Shown here: one piece after another, positions 29,833 to 40,913 of the stretch | Position numbering within the stretch: the first letter of the stretch is position 1 | How the letters are laid out: each line of letters starts with the position of its first letter | Source: Cyanobacteria bacterium P01_A01_bin.123 | GTDB lineage: Bacteria > Cyanobacteriota > Cyanobacteriia > Phormidesmidales > Phormidesmidaceae | Reading direction: 5' to 3' | Length of the DNA stretch: 64,000 nucleotides | Assembly: GCA_039815185.1 (NCBI GenBank) | Contig: JBCBZT010000002.1 | Span: 128,001 to 192,000 of the forward strand | The notes under the pieces: model-generated | Databases searched by the model: none | The model's input: the letters and a program-made list of their open reading frames with translations, nothing else | Told to the model about the DNA's origin: nothing | Position numbers and translations under genes: made by a program

Positions 29833-30696
29833 CTAGTCTTGCGGTGACCGTTGAGGCACTGCCTGGGGCTTTGTTGTGGGTAAAGTAATTTGTTCCACCA
29901 TGGGGCAACGATCTAACCATTGACTCGCGCCCCGTTGAAACTGTAACGGATCACCACTGACGCAAAACCGAGTTGGATGGACTTTCGTACTGCTGCGCAA
30001 TCCTAGAACATCAAGTTCTTGACTGGCCGCTGCTACCACGTGGACGGCAGGGTCAATTTTTTGAACATGAGTGGGGAGAATCTGGCTCAAGATGGGTTCT
30101 AGATAGGGATAGTGGGTGCAGCCATAAACTAACGTATCGATATTCCGTTGGATCAAAGGCTCTAAATAAGTGCGGGTCACGATTGGAGTGTAGGGATCAT
30201 CAATTCGATTTTGCTCAATTAAAGGGACAAATTTTGGGCATCCCACCTGCCAAACTTGAGCGTTAGGGTCAACTTCAGCAATAGCACGACCGTAGGCATT
30301 GCTGGCAGCGGTGATCGGGGTAGCAATTACACCAATCCGTTGCCCCGCTCTGGCGGCTGCGCGAGCACCCGGTAAGACAATGCCCAAGACAGGTACCGAA
30401 AATTCAGCTTGAATGATCTCTAGTACAGTGGCGGAACTGGTGTTGCAGGCCATCAGAACCATCTTGACGCCACAGTGAGTCATCCAGGTCATAATTTCGC
30501 GCACAAACTGAAGAATCTCAGCCTCAGACCGATCGCCATAGGGAACACGAGCCGTATCCCCGAAATAGAGCACCGACTCGTTAGGCAACTGCCGATAAAC
30601 TTCGCGCAACACGGTTAGCCCGCCTAATCCACTGTCAAATATACCGATGCGAGCAGGGTCAGGCCCAACGGCACTGAGAGGGACGTGCTTCGCCAT
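29833..30696 (-). CDS. murI: Glutamate racemase
   Basis: FDSGLGG, ACNTS, GCTHYP motifs. Confidence 0.96.
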   Translation of the reverse strand: MAKHVPLSAVGPDPARIGIFDSGLGGLTVLREVYRQLPNESVLYFGDTARVPYGDRSEAEILQFVREIMTWMTHCGVKMVLMACNTSSATVLEIIQAEFSVPVLGIVLPGARAAARAGQRIGVIATPITAASNAYGRAIAEVDPNAQVWQVGCPKFVPLIEQNRIDDPYTPIVTRTYLEPLIQRNIDTLVYGCTHYPYLEPILSQILPTHVQKIDPAVHVVAAASQELDVLGLRSSTKVHPTRFCVSGDPLQFQRGASQWLDRCPMVEQITLPTTKPQAVPQRSPQD

Positions 30697-30776
30697 AGGA
30701 AATTATACTCATCCTTTTCTAATGTTAAGTGTCTAGTGGGTCTAAGCCCAGACAGCAATTGCTAGCCCTTATCCTT

Positions 30777-32219
30777 CTATCCTTCAGTTTCAACCAGAGC
30801 GGGGGTTTCTTCTGACAAGCTCCCTGTATCATCTGAATCTTTAAATACCACTCGCAGTAAAGGTGGGGCCAAAAACGTAGTCATAATTACCATCACGATG
30901 ATAGCCGCATCAAGCGATTCCGAAAGTACCCCACTGGCAGAGCCAACACCAGCAAACACTAGCCCCACCTCACCCCGAGGCACCATGCCTACCCCAATGG
31001 CCAATCGATTAATCCCCGGTTGACCAAAGACAACAAACCCAGCGGTCACTTTACCAACAATGGCCACAACCACTAAAAACGAAGCGATGATTAACCCTTC
31101 TCTATTTTCTGGAACCAGCGGATTGAGTACGCTGAGATCCGTACGGGCACCCACCGTCACAAAAAAGATGGGCACCAACATATCTGCGATCGGCGTGATT
31201 TGCTCCTCAATTTCTTTGTGCTTAGAAGTCTCTGCCAAAATCAACCCTGCAGCAAAAGCCCCCAAAATAGCTTCTAGCTGGATGGCCGCGGCAATATAAG
31301 AAAGCACAAAGGCAAAGATCAAGGAGACGATCAACAGCTCTCCCCGAGTTTGCATTTGATCTACCAATCCTACAAACAATGGGCTGAGTAAGCGTCCGAT
31401 AAGAATCGAACCGACTAAGAAGATAGCAGCACCTGCGATCAGATACACCACATTGAGAATTTCGATTTCTCCGGTTTTAGCAAGGCTGGCTACCACAGCT
31501 AAAACAATAATCCCGAGGACATCGTCTAGGACAGCTGCACCAATAATGATTTGGCCTTCTTTAGAACTCAAACGCTGAATTTCGGCCAACACCTTTGCAG
31601 TAATGCCAATACTGGTGGCCGTCAAAGCGGCTCCAGCAAAGACTGCTGGAATAGTGGCCATGCTAAACAGCGCAATTAGCCCTGCGGTGCCGATGGAAAA
31701 GGGTACGACTACCCCAACGACAGCCACAACCGCAGCTTGGGGGCCAACCCGAATCAGTTCTTTGAGGTCAGATTCGAGGCCAATTTCAAACAGCAAAATC
31801 ACTACCCCGAGTTCAGCCAGGATAGAAATGACTTCACTTTGGGTCGCAAAAACTGAGGTCGTTAATTCAGGGGAGAGCCCAGCAGTCAGCTGCAAAAAAC
31901 CCATGATTGCTGATGAAACTTCTGCCCCTCCTTCAGGGAAGACGATGAGTTGTAGCGCCGATACACCAACCAAAACACCTCCCACGAGTTCTCCAAGGAC
32001 TGGGGGAAGATTGATACGAGCACATAACTCCCCCCCTAACTTGGCTGCGAAGTAGATCGCAACTAAGCTCAGCAAAACCCCAGCAAACACCAACGCACCG
32101 GCATCAGCTTCTGAAGCCTCTGCCAAAAGTGGGGGCATGGTGGATCCATGCCAGGCTAAGTGGGCAGGTAGGGAATGGGGAAAGCTCAAGGCAGCCAAGG
32201 AACTGGTCAACTCAACCAT
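30777..32219 (-). CDS. CPA2 cation:proton antiporter (NhaS3-like)
   Basis: LLFEIGLE, TATSIGIT, AVLDD, GMVPRGEV motifs; many TM helices. Confidence 0.9.
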   Translation of the reverse strand: MVELTSSLAALSFPHSLPAHLAWHGSTMPPLLAEASEADAGALVFAGVLLSLVAIYFAAKLGGELCARINLPPVLGELVGGVLVGVSALQLIVFPEGGAEVSSAIMGFLQLTAGLSPELTTSVFATQSEVISILAELGVVILLFEIGLESDLKELIRVGPQAAVVAVVGVVVPFSIGTAGLIALFSMATIPAVFAGAALTATSIGITAKVLAEIQRLSSKEGQIIIGAAVLDDVLGIIVLAVVASLAKTGEIEILNVVYLIAGAAIFLVGSILIGRLLSPLFVGLVDQMQTRGELLIVSLIFAFVLSYIAAAIQLEAILGAFAAGLILAETSKHKEIEEQITPIADMLVPIFFVTVGARTDLSVLNPLVPENREGLIIASFLVVVAIVGKVTAGFVVFGQPGINRLAIGVGMVPRGEVGLVFAGVGSASGVLSESLDAAIIVMVIMTTFLAPPLLRVVFKDSDDTGSLSEETPALVETEG

Positions 32220-32324
32220 GCAGTCTGCACAAACTCATCCTGTCTAATCTACATGAGTTTATAAATCAGTTACAGTCCATCAGAAGGCACATTTAGCCTC
32301 TTTTCTTAAAATTTCTGCCTCAAA

Positions 32325-33137
32325 CTAGGCAAAAATGCGATGCTCAAGAGAAGGCATTTGTCGCCGTACCTGGGCTAACCGCGAGGGCACAATTTCAGCG
32401 ATCGCCATGCCGGGTTTATCGCCAGCATCATCTAAAATCACGCCCCAAGGGTCGCTAATTAACGCATGGCCATGGGATTGACGTCTAGCGTTATGGAATC
32501 CAGTTTGGGCCGGGGCAATCACGTAACAGGTGTTTTCAATCGCCCGAGCCTGCAGCAAAATCTGCCAGTGATCTTTACCCGTATAGGCGGTGAAGGCTGC
32601 GGGAACCACTAATACTTGAGCACCCGTTTTAGACAGATGGCGGTACAGCTCTGGAAATCGGACGTCGTAGCAAACTGAAATGCCTAATATACCGAAGTCT
32701 GTCGACGGATAAACTGGGGGAAGCTGCTGCCCAGAAATTACGGTATTGGATTCTCGGTAAGTGTTGCCGTCAGGGACATTAACGTCAAACAAATGAGCCT
32801 TCTGGTAGCGCAATAGCTCTTCCCCGTTGGGATTGACCAGCAGGGCCGTATTGTAGACTTTGCCGTCTTGGGCCGGAACTGGATACCCACCACCCAAGAT
32901 AGTGACTTGATATCGCTGGGCCATCGTGATCAAAAACCGTTCACTGGCCTTGAAAATCGCTTCTGCCTGAGCGACTTTGGCAGCTTCGTCGCCTAGGAAA
33001 GAAAAGTTTTCGGGTAGGGTAATGAACTCCGCGCCTCGGCGCACAGCCAAATCAATCAGTTCTTCGGCTTCAGCTAAATTTTTATCTAGGTCGGGCACGC
33101 TGGTCATTTGGAGTGCCGCCGCTAGGTATGGCCGCAT
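32325..33137 (-). CDS. Carbon-nitrogen hydrolase (Nit1 / deaminated glutathione amidase-like)
   Basis: E-K-C triad: LPE, YQKAHLFD, CYDVRFPE; ARAIEN. Confidence 0.9.
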   Translation of the reverse strand: MRPYLAAALQMTSVPDLDKNLAEAEELIDLAVRRGAEFITLPENFSFLGDEAAKVAQAEAIFKASERFLITMAQRYQVTILGGGYPVPAQDGKVYNTALLVNPNGEELLRYQKAHLFDVNVPDGNTYRESNTVISGQQLPPVYPSTDFGILGISVCYDVRFPELYRHLSKTGAQVLVVPAAFTAYTGKDHWQILLQARAIENTCYVIAPAQTGFHNARRQSHGHALISDPWGVILDDAGDKPGMAIAEIVPSRLAQVRRQMPSLEHRIFA

Positions 33138-33215
33138 AGTGCGTTCTCAACATGCAGTAATAAGTCTCCCAATTGTAGTGTTTTGTGGACATCTGTGGGA
33201 GACCTTGCAGCGGTT

Positions 33216-34421
33216 CTAGACAGAAAGCATAGCGACCTGCCAGAGACGGTAGCCACTGGGGTTAAGATGCAACCCATCCGTGGTCAGTTCATAACGTAGA
33301 TCACCCTGACGATCGGCAAAGTTGGGCTGCAAATCTAGGAAGAAGCCCCCTTCTTGTTGACTCATGGCGGCAATTTGCTGATTCAGTGCCGAGATCCGAT
33401 CGCTGGGCAGATTCGACAACCGAGTTGGCAAAATAGAGTGGACAACCACGCGGGCTTGGGGATGGGTTTGGCGCAGTTGGCGCACGATGGTTTGCAGGTT
33501 GTTGAGTACGGTAGCGTCACTCGCTCCATTTTTGAGGTCGTTAATGCCTGCCATCAGATGAATCGTGTCGGGGTGGGTTTGGTCGATAGCAGAAAGCCTT
33601 TGTAAAATGCCTGCGGTGGTATCGCCGGAGATGCCTTGGTTGAGCCAAAAACGATCGCGGGGGAGCCAGTCTGGCGGTAACCATAGACTAATAGAATCCC
33701 CCAAAATCACCGTCAGTCGATTTTGTCCCTGGCCATCAGCCATTGCCTGGGCCTCTCGATTCAGTAGGGTACGCCACTGGTCATAGGTGGGGTGATCGCT
33801 GGCGTTTTGCCACTGGGGTTGAAAGCTGTCAGGGCTAAGGCGGGTGTAGAGGCGACCACTGCGGAGAGCCGCTATCCGCTGGTGATACAGTTGACTGCCA
33901 GATTCAGGGCGCGGGCCGCTAAACGCCGGAATCGTTTGCAACAGGGGACTTTGAAAGCCTGATTGGAGGCGACTAACGCTGGGGGTTGGTGGGTTCGCAG
34001 CAGTCGCAACCCGTTGTCTAATTGACGCCATCAGGGCGCGATCGCGATCGCGTTGGCTTAGCTCATTGCCGCTTAGCTCATTGTTAGCACTCAGTTCATG
34101 AACAGCAGAGGCCATCTCTAAAACCGGGCTAACGGAACGATTGAGCAGACCCGTAGGCTTCTGCGATTTGGCACCCGAAATAGACAACGCTGCCGGGGAC
34201 GCAACCCCAGGATTGGTCGGCGATGGCCCAGCACTAAACCGGGGAGCGCTCGCTACGTTGGGCACTACCACTGGGCTAGGGGATTGAGTATCAACCGCTT
34301 GTTCCCTAATTGATTCAGCTGGTGCGGCCTGATGACTGGGGAGCGCGGGTAGTTTTAGCGGTTCGGGCGATGTTAGGGCATCGGCGACTAACTGGGCAGT
34401 TAACAGGTATAGATCGCTCAT
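33216..34421 (-). CDS. SGNH/GDSL hydrolase with low-complexity N-terminus
   Basis: GDS, NQGISGD, GINDL, DGLH blocks. Confidence 0.88.
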   Translation of the reverse strand: MSDLYLLTAQLVADALTSPEPLKLPALPSHQAAPAESIREQAVDTQSPSPVVVPNVASAPRFSAGPSPTNPGVASPAALSISGAKSQKPTGLLNRSVSPVLEMASAVHELSANNELSGNELSQRDRDRALMASIRQRVATAANPPTPSVSRLQSGFQSPLLQTIPAFSGPRPESGSQLYHQRIAALRSGRLYTRLSPDSFQPQWQNASDHPTYDQWRTLLNREAQAMADGQGQNRLTVILGDSISLWLPPDWLPRDRFWLNQGISGDTTAGILQRLSAIDQTHPDTIHLMAGINDLKNGASDATVLNNLQTIVRQLRQTHPQARVVVHSILPTRLSNLPSDRISALNQQIAAMSQQEGGFFLDLQPNFADRQGDLRYELTTDGLHLNPSGYRLWQVAMLSV

Positions 34422-34633
34422 CGCTTATCCTTTTTGACTCAAAGTTGTCACTACAGCGCGGGTAGTGCCATCTGTTTTGAGCCAACCTGCCTGCAAAACA
34501 GCAGCACTAGATCCTTATGCGGCCAAAATCTTGTCGATTCAGGACGGTTTGCAAAACGTCCCTCTCAGTTTTGATTGGAATTTTCAATGAACCGCTCTAC
34601 TCAACGGAATGCGGTATGGTTACCCAGGAATGA

Positions 34634-35566
34634 ATGGTGCTAACCATGTCAGCAGACACCACACTTATCCTGACCCTGGGCGGATTAGTTTCGGGAGTTT
34701 TGGCCGGATTTTTGGGCATTGGCGGCGGCACAGTTTTGGTGCCGTTGATGGTCGCGGTCGGGTTTACCTCGCAGCAGGCTGTGGGTACCAGCAGTCTGGC
34801 CATTCTGGTCACGGCCCTGAGCGGCAGTGTTCAAAATTGGCGGATGGGATATCTCAGTTTGCAACGGGTCATTTTGCTAGGGCTACCCGCCATCGTCACG
34901 GCCCAAATTGGTGCATTCGCGGCGGGGCGGATGGCTGAGCATGTGCAGTTGGCCGCCTTTGGCATCCTCTTGGTGAGTAATGTCTATCTGGCGGGGCTGC
35001 GGAAGCAAGTGACGGCTCAGCAGCGACTCAAAGAAGCTGAGCTTGATTCCCCCCCAGCTTCTGGCGATCCAATGACTAGGGACGATCAAACTTCTGGCGA
35101 TCGTTTGAAAGCAACCGCTGAAACCAACGGTTCTGTCCACAGCCAGTCTGCTAAATCGCTATCTCAAGTGCCTTCCCCTGGCCTCAACCCAGTCGTCGCG
35201 AGAGTATTTACCGGGGGGACGGCAGGGTTGCTCGCGGGGCTATTTGGTGTAGGCGGCGGCGTGATTATGGTGCCGCTACAAATCTTGCTCTTGGGAGAAA
35301 AGATTAAAACTGCGGTTCAAACCAGCCTCGGCGTTATCGTGATTACAGCAATATCGGCCAGTATCGGCCATGCTTTGGCTAATAACGTGGTGTTTAGCTC
35401 GGGTTTGATTTTGGGCGCAGGTGGCCTGGTCGGGGTACAGATTAGTACTCGATTTCTACCCAAGCTCTCCGATCGCCTAGTGAGCTTTTTGTTTCGGACG
35501 ATGTTGGCAGTCTTGTCTGTTTACATATTTTGGCAAGCTTGGCAAAGCTACTCAGCACAGGTGTAA
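34634..35566 (+). CDS. TauE/SafE (TSUP) family transporter
   Basis: Duplicated G..AG.(L/F)G(I/V)GGG..(L/M)VP motifs in two hydrophobic halves. Confidence 0.88.
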   Translation: MVLTMSADTTLILTLGGLVSGVLAGFLGIGGGTVLVPLMVAVGFTSQQAVGTSSLAILVTALSGSVQNWRMGYLSLQRVILLGLPAIVTAQIGAFAAGRMAEHVQLAAFGILLVSNVYLAGLRKQVTAQQRLKEAELDSPPASGDPMTRDDQTSGDRLKATAETNGSVHSQSAKSLSQVPSPGLNPVVARVFTGGTAGLLAGLFGVGGGVIMVPLQILLLGEKIKTAVQTSLGVIVITAISASIGHALANNVVFSSGLILGAGGLVGVQISTRFLPKLSDRLVSFLFRTMLAVLSVYIFWQAWQSYSAQV

Positions 35567-35593
35567 GCGTTTCGGCAAAGGGAGGACAGTCTG

Positions 35594-37045
35594 GTGAAAT
35601 TTGAGGCCTATGACCCCGGTGACTTCTATGATGAGCTGTTTTTAGCCCAGGGACAGCCCCGCCCCGAAGCCGCATTGCTGGTCGAGCGCATCAAGTCTCT
35701 GTCGACAGACACCCTCCAACAGCGACAGCAAGTGGCCCAAAATGCTTTGTTTAAGCTAGGGGTCACGTTTAATGTCTACGGCGATAGTCAAGGCACAGAA
35801 CGGATTCTGCCGTTTGATGTGATTCCCAGGGTCGTGCCCCAGTCAGAATGGATCTGGTTAGAAAAGGGGCTGAGGCAACGGATTCAAGCTTTGAATCTGT
35901 TTATTGACGATATCTACAACGACCAAAAGATTCTCAAGGACAAAGTCGTTCCTGAAGCAGTTGTTTACTCGGCATCCGGATTTCTCAAACCCTGTTTGGG
36001 GCTAAAACCGCCTGGGGGAATTTGGTGTCACATCACGGGAACGGACCTGGTGCGCGATCGCGACGGTCAGTGGTACGTCTTAGAAGACAACATGCGTTGT
36101 CCCTCTGGGGTCTCCTATGTGCTCGAAAATCGGCGCGTGATGAAGAGCACATTTCCTCAACTGTTCGATGCCCTCGACATTTTGCCCGTGGACGACTACG
36201 CTAGCCAGCTCCTAGAAACGCTGTTGAATCTGGCCCCGTCCGGATTAAGAGATCCGCGAGTGGTGGTCTTAACACCAGGCATTTATAACTCTGCCTATTT
36301 TGAGCATTCTTTTTTGGCTCAGCAGATGGGGGCTGAGCTGGTCGAAGGTCGAGATCTGGTGGTGGCAGAGGGTTATTTACAGATGAAAACCACCAAAGGG
36401 TTGCAACGGGTCGATGTGGTGTATCGCCGCATTGATGACGAATTTATGGATCCGCTAGCGTTTCGGCCCGATTCGCTACTCGGGGTACCGGGGTTGATGG
36501 ACGTGTATCGCCAGGGTCGAGTCGCGATCGCCAATGCACCGGGCACTGGAGTTGCCGACGACAAAATGGTGTATGCCTATGTCCCTGACATGATTCGCTA
36601 CTACCTGGGTGAAGACCAAAGTTTGGCTAATGTGCCTACCTACCTTTGTGAAGATGCCAAACAGCGCGACCATGTGCTGACTCACCTGGATCAACTGGTG
36701 GTCAAAGCCACTAATGCCTCCGGGGGCTATGGCATGTTGGTGGGCCCCCAATCCACCCCCGAACAGCGCGAAGATTTTGCCGGACGCATCCAAGCCAACC
36801 CCCGCAATTACATTGCCCAACCGACCCTTTGCTTATCACGGGTGCCCACGCTTGTTGATCAGCAGTTTGAAGGTTGCCACGTCGATTTGCGGCCCTACAT
36901 CCTGTACGGACAAGACATCTATGTTAATCCGGGTGGGCTAACCCGTGTTGCCTTGAAGAAGGGATCCCTAGTCGTGAATTCATCCCAGGGGGGCGGCAGT
37001 AAGGATACCTGGGTCGTCCAAGCCACTGCCAAGGAGGACGCGTAA
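35594..37045 (+). CDS. Circularly permuted type-2 ATP-grasp protein
   Basis: [49 protein letters not shown] motifs. Confidence 0.93.
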   Translation: MKFEAYDPGDFYDELFLAQGQPRPEAALLVERIKSLSTDTLQQRQQVAQNALFKLGVTFNVYGDSQGTERILPFDVIPRVVPQSEWIWLEKGLRQRIQALNLFIDDIYNDQKILKDKVVPEAVVYSASGFLKPCLGLKPPGGIWCHITGTDLVRDRDGQWYVLEDNMRCPSGVSYVLENRRVMKSTFPQLFDALDILPVDDYASQLLETLLNLAPSGLRDPRVVVLTPGIYNSAYFEHSFLAQQMGAELVEGRDLVVAEGYLQMKTTKGLQRVDVVYRRIDDEFMDPLAFRPDSLLGVPGLMDVYRQGRVAIANAPGTGVADDKMVYAYVPDMIRYYLGEDQSLANVPTYLCEDAKQRDHVLTHLDQLVVKATNASGGYGMLVGPQSTPEQREDFAGRIQANPRNYIAQPTLCLSRVPTLVDQQFEGCHVDLRPYILYGQDIYVNPGGLTRVALKKGSLVVNSSQGGGSKDTWVVQATAKEDA

Positions 37046-37046
37046 G

Positions 37047-37994
37047 ATGTTAAGCCGTGTGGCCGACTCTATTTATTGGCTGAATCGCTACGTCGAGCGG
37101 GCTGAGAATGTGGCTCGGTTTGTGGAAGTCAATCTCAATTTGCTGCTGGATGCGCCAGCCGGAATCCCCCAAAACTGGGAACCGCTGGTTACCACGACCG
37201 GAGATTTGGCCTTTTTTCGCGATCGCTACGGTGCAGCCACTGCCGATAATGTTTTGACCTTCTTGACCTTTGACGCCGACTATCCCAACTCCATCTTGTC
37301 GTGTTTGCGGTCAGCCCGTGAAAATGCCCGCTCTGTTAGGGAAATTATTTCCTCAGAAATGTGGGAACAGGTGAATGCGTTTTACCTAACCGTAAAGACG
37401 GCAGCCCAACAAGGTTCACTGTCGGATGTCCATAGCTTTTATCCTGAAGTCAAAATGGCAAGCCACCTGTTTGCCGGGGTGATGGATGCCACCATGTCCC
37501 ACAATGAGGGCTGGCACTTTGGCAAATTGGGACGGCTGCTGGAGCGGGCAGATAAAACGGCCCGGATTTTGGATGTCAAGTACTTTATCTTGCTGCCGTC
37601 GGTCAAAGACGTGGGCTCACCCCTAGACGATTTACAGTGGATGGCCCTGCTCAAATCCGCCAGCGCCTATGAAATGTATCGCAAATGCCAGTATCGGATT
37701 ACGCCCCAAAATGTGATTGAGTTTTTGATTTTGAACCGAGAATTTCCCCGTTCGATTCAGTCCTGTTTGCTAGAGGCCGAGCACTCGCTTTGCAAAATTT
37801 CGGGGACGGTCACCGGCACCTGGCAAACCGCCAGCGATCGCGCCCTGGGCCGGGTCCGATCTGAGCTAGACTACATTACCATCGAAGAAATTATGCAGCA
37901 AGGCATCCACGAATTTCTAGACGGTTTGCAACGGCGGATCAATGACGTGGGCAATCAGGTCTTCACCGATTTCTTTGCGCTCCAGGCCGGATAA
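37047..37994 (+). CDS. Alpha-E domain protein
   Basis: MLSRVA..YW..RYVERAEN, ARENAR, LERAD, FPRS motifs. Confidence 0.92.
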   Translation: MLSRVADSIYWLNRYVERAENVARFVEVNLNLLLDAPAGIPQNWEPLVTTTGDLAFFRDRYGAATADNVLTFLTFDADYPNSILSCLRSARENARSVREIISSEMWEQVNAFYLTVKTAAQQGSLSDVHSFYPEVKMASHLFAGVMDATMSHNEGWHFGKLGRLLERADKTARILDVKYFILLPSVKDVGSPLDDLQWMALLKSASAYEMYRKCQYRITPQNVIEFLILNREFPRSIQSCLLEAEHSLCKISGTVTGTWQTASDRALGRVRSELDYITIEEIMQQGIHEFLDGLQRRINDVGNQVFTDFFALQAG

Positions 37995-37996
37995 CT

Positions 37997-38857
37997 ATGG
38001 TGCGTTACCGCATTACCCACACCACCGATTATCGCTATAGTCAACCCGTTGGTTTGCAACCCCATACCTTACGATTACGCCCCCGTAGCGATGGCGCTCA
38101 ACAACTGCTGACTTTTGAACAGACGATTACCCCCAGCCCAAAATACCAGGCTGATCTAGTAGATGTTGGTGGCGATACCACAACTCGCCTGTGGTTTGGA
38201 GAGGCTCAATTAGCGCACCTGCAAATCCAAACCCGAGCTGGAGTCGAAACCTATCGAACCAATCCCTTCGACTATTGGAGCGAACCGTGGGCCGTTAATT
38301 TTCCTTTGGATTATCCCAGCACGTTAGCTGCCCATCTCTATCCCTATCGCCACGATCCGCTCGATCCTGTGATCGATAGCCGAGTCGTTGCTTTAGCCCA
38401 AGAGATTTGCCAAGAGGTCAACGACAATGTGGGGTATTTCCTGATGGCGTTGACCCAACGGATCTACGAAAACTGCAAATACACGGTTCGCCACACAGGC
38501 AATCCCCATCCCGCAGGGTTGACCTGGGCCAACCAGCGAGGGAGTTGCCGAGATTTTGCCGTACTCTTTATGGCTGCTTGTCGGGCAGTTGGGCTGGCTG
38601 CTCGGTTTGTCAGCGGTTATCAAGCGGGTGACCCCAATCAGCAAGACCGCGATCTCCATGCTTGGGCAGAGGTTTACGTTCCAGGTGGCGGTTGGCGGGG
38701 GTTTGATCCCACGTTAGGACTGGCTGTCAGCGATCGCCACATTGCCCTAGTGTCCGGTAGCCATGCCCTCCAAGCCTCACCCGTCTCGGGGGCTTTAACC
38801 CAGGGCGGCATCCAGACCACCCTAACGGCTACCATTACCCTTGAAGCTGAGGATTGA
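37997..38857 (+). CDS. Transglutaminase-like protein
   Basis: N-terminal H.T.YRY...LRLRP; Cys-His-Asp triad GSCRDF, HAWAEV, FDPT. Confidence 0.92.
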   Translation: MVRYRITHTTDYRYSQPVGLQPHTLRLRPRSDGAQQLLTFEQTITPSPKYQADLVDVGGDTTTRLWFGEAQLAHLQIQTRAGVETYRTNPFDYWSEPWAVNFPLDYPSTLAAHLYPYRHDPLDPVIDSRVVALAQEICQEVNDNVGYFLMALTQRIYENCKYTVRHTGNPHPAGLTWANQRGSCRDFAVLFMAACRAVGLAARFVSGYQAGDPNQQDRDLHAWAEVYVPGGGWRGFDPTLGLAVSDRHIALVSGSHALQASPVSGALTQGGIQTTLTATITLEAED

Positions 38858-38874
38858 CGGTTGTACTTACCTGA

Positions 38875-39636
38875 TCACGTAATATCTGGGTCAATCGGCA
38901 TAGAGGGTTGGTTCCAATCGATATTGGGCATTTGCGCTGACGCCTGCCGGAGAGCGGCTTCCCAGTGTTTTCGCATTTTGATCAAATACGGATCACCGGC
39001 CTGAAACTTGGCGCGATGGCGGATTTCAAAGCTGTCCTTTTGATACATCACCAGTTGGATGGGTGGCCCCACCGAAATATTGGAGCGCATGGTGGAATCA
39101 ATTGACAGCAGGGCACACTTCGCGATCGCTTCTAAATCGGCATCCACCTGTACGGTGCGATCCAGGATCGGCTTGCCGTATTTCGTTTCACCAATCTGCA
39201 AAAAAGGCGTTTCTGGGGTCGCTTGAATACAGTTGCCCTGACTGTAAATTAAGTAGAGTTCTGGGTCTTCTCCCTGAACCTGCCCCCCCAGCAAAAAGCT
39301 GCACTGGAAGTCTATATTGTCTTTCGCTAACCAAGCCCGGTCTTGTTCTTGCAAACGACGGATTTGCTGACCAATATAGCGAGCAATGTCGTGAACCGTG
39401 GGTAGGGTGTATAGATGGTCGCCGCTATCCAACCGAATATCTCGGTTGAGGGCATGTAACACCGCTTGGGTAATCGACAAGTTACCAGCCGTACAAATCA
39501 ACAGCACGCGATCGCCTGGGACTGAAAATTCAAACAGCTTGTTATAAGACGAAATGTAGTCTACCCCAGCATTGGTACGGGAGTCTGCCGCCAACACCAA
39601 CCCTTGCTCAACCCAAATACCCAAACAGTAGGTCAT
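38875..39636 (-). CDS. Proteasome-type (Anbu) Ntn protease
   Basis: MTYCLG (Thr1 nucleophile), DSRTNAGVD, QIGETKYGKPILDR, STMRSNISVG. Confidence 0.92.
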   Translation of the reverse strand: MTYCLGIWVEQGLVLAADSRTNAGVDYISSYNKLFEFSVPGDRVLLICTAGNLSITQAVLHALNRDIRLDSGDHLYTLPTVHDIARYIGQQIRRLQEQDRAWLAKDNIDFQCSFLLGGQVQGEDPELYLIYSQGNCIQATPETPFLQIGETKYGKPILDRTVQVDADLEAIAKCALLSIDSTMRSNISVGPPIQLVMYQKDSFEIRHRAKFQAGDPYLIKMRKHWEAALRQASAQMPNIDWNQPSMPIDPDIT

Positions 39637-39794
39637 CACGCTTAATCTTTTGATGTCACCTGACCCGCTAAATGCCCCTTGACCTCAGCACATACAGTAT
39701 CTCAACAAAGCAAGGGTGCTAAAGCTGCCTCTAGCACCCCAACAGATTCTTAAGTTACACTGCGTAACCGGACACCCAAACCGATCTATCAGAA

Positions 39795-39905
39795 CTATCC
39801 GCCAGTCTGCTTACTAGATGTTTGGATGTAAAGAATAAGCAAGAACACGGTCGGTACAAATATGAACAAGACGCTCGCAACAAACCCTAGATTGTTAACT
39901 TCCAT
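39795..39905 (-). CDS. psbM: Photosystem II reaction centre protein M
   Basis: Manual translation [44 protein letters not shown]. Confidence 0.96.
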   Translation of the reverse strand: MEVNNLGFVASVLFIFVPTVFLLILYIQTSSKQTGG

Positions 39906-40172
39906 TAGACCCAACCTCCACGCTCAAACAAACAAATTTAAAACGCCCAACCGATACCTAGAATAGCATCTAGCGGATTATTAAACAGGCCCCGGAACGG
40001 AACCGAATCCGGTAGCTGTATCGGCCCCAAAATGCGACTGTTAAGGCAATTCACGTCTGTTGTCACCCGAACAAACTGACCGCTGCATTCCGCATCGATC
40101 TCCCAAAACCAATAGTGCCAGCACTAGCATCTCCCCAAATCTGACAGCGCCAGCCAACATGGCCAAGATAGC

Positions 40173-40514
40173 TCAAGCCGTTTTGGCCGATTTAGAATCG
40201 GCTTTTTTCGACTTCTTCTCTGGCTTCGTGATCACGCTGACGGGGCCGTTGACTAACGTTTGACAAGCTAATCGACAGTTTTCGGGCCGTTTGCGCAGCT
40301 TACTCTGTTCCACATTTGTTTTAGGAGAAAGATTTTCCATACCGGATTCAATCTCAACTACACAGGTTCCGCACTGACCATACCCACCACAGTTCATCAT
40401 CTTGCCCATTAGGGTGTAGATATCAATTCCGTTTTCGAGCGCCTTAAACCTGAGATTTGCCCCGTTGGCAGCGACAATCTCTTTACCTTCTTTAACAAAC
40501 TTAATAGTTCCCAT
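40173..40514 (-). CDS. 2Fe-2S ferredoxin-like protein
   Basis: [10 protein letters not shown] and RLACQ cluster ligands. Confidence 0.9.
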   Translation of the reverse strand: MGTIKFVKEGKEIVAANGANLRFKALENGIDIYTLMGKMMNCGGYGQCGTCVVEIESGMENLSPKTNVEQSKLRKRPENCRLACQTLVNGPVSVITKPEKKSKKADSKSAKTA

Positions 40515-40913
40515 ACCTTGCATTCCCCCTTAACTGGTTCAGTTATGTGCCTAGTGGTATAAGCCTGACTCGCTCTGGATCACAGAGCAGCAAAGCGATC
40601 TGACGATACAGTCTGCCTATTTCCAGGCCAGATAATATCGAACGCTGAACCGCTTGCCTGGAGCCTTAACAATGGTTACACTTCTTTATACGCTTTCATT
40701 TTTACATTTCCATGGTCAAACATGACCGGATGCAAGCGATGGAGATTTAAGATCTACTCGTTTTAGCCTGAACCCACTGAGAAGTTTTTAGGTGATGTGT
40801 CTGGTTGAGTCAACCATTTGAGTGGTACTAGATCCGATGGCCCTATCAGGTCTAGCATCTTTAATATAGGCTGAAGGCAACTGTTGAAACCTAATCGAGG
40901 AGGAGTGTAGTCA

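Noticed and set aside
40041..40160. 39-aa minus-strand ORF between the ferredoxin and psbM
   Set aside because: No RBS or recognisable similarity; probably promoter/UTR sequence
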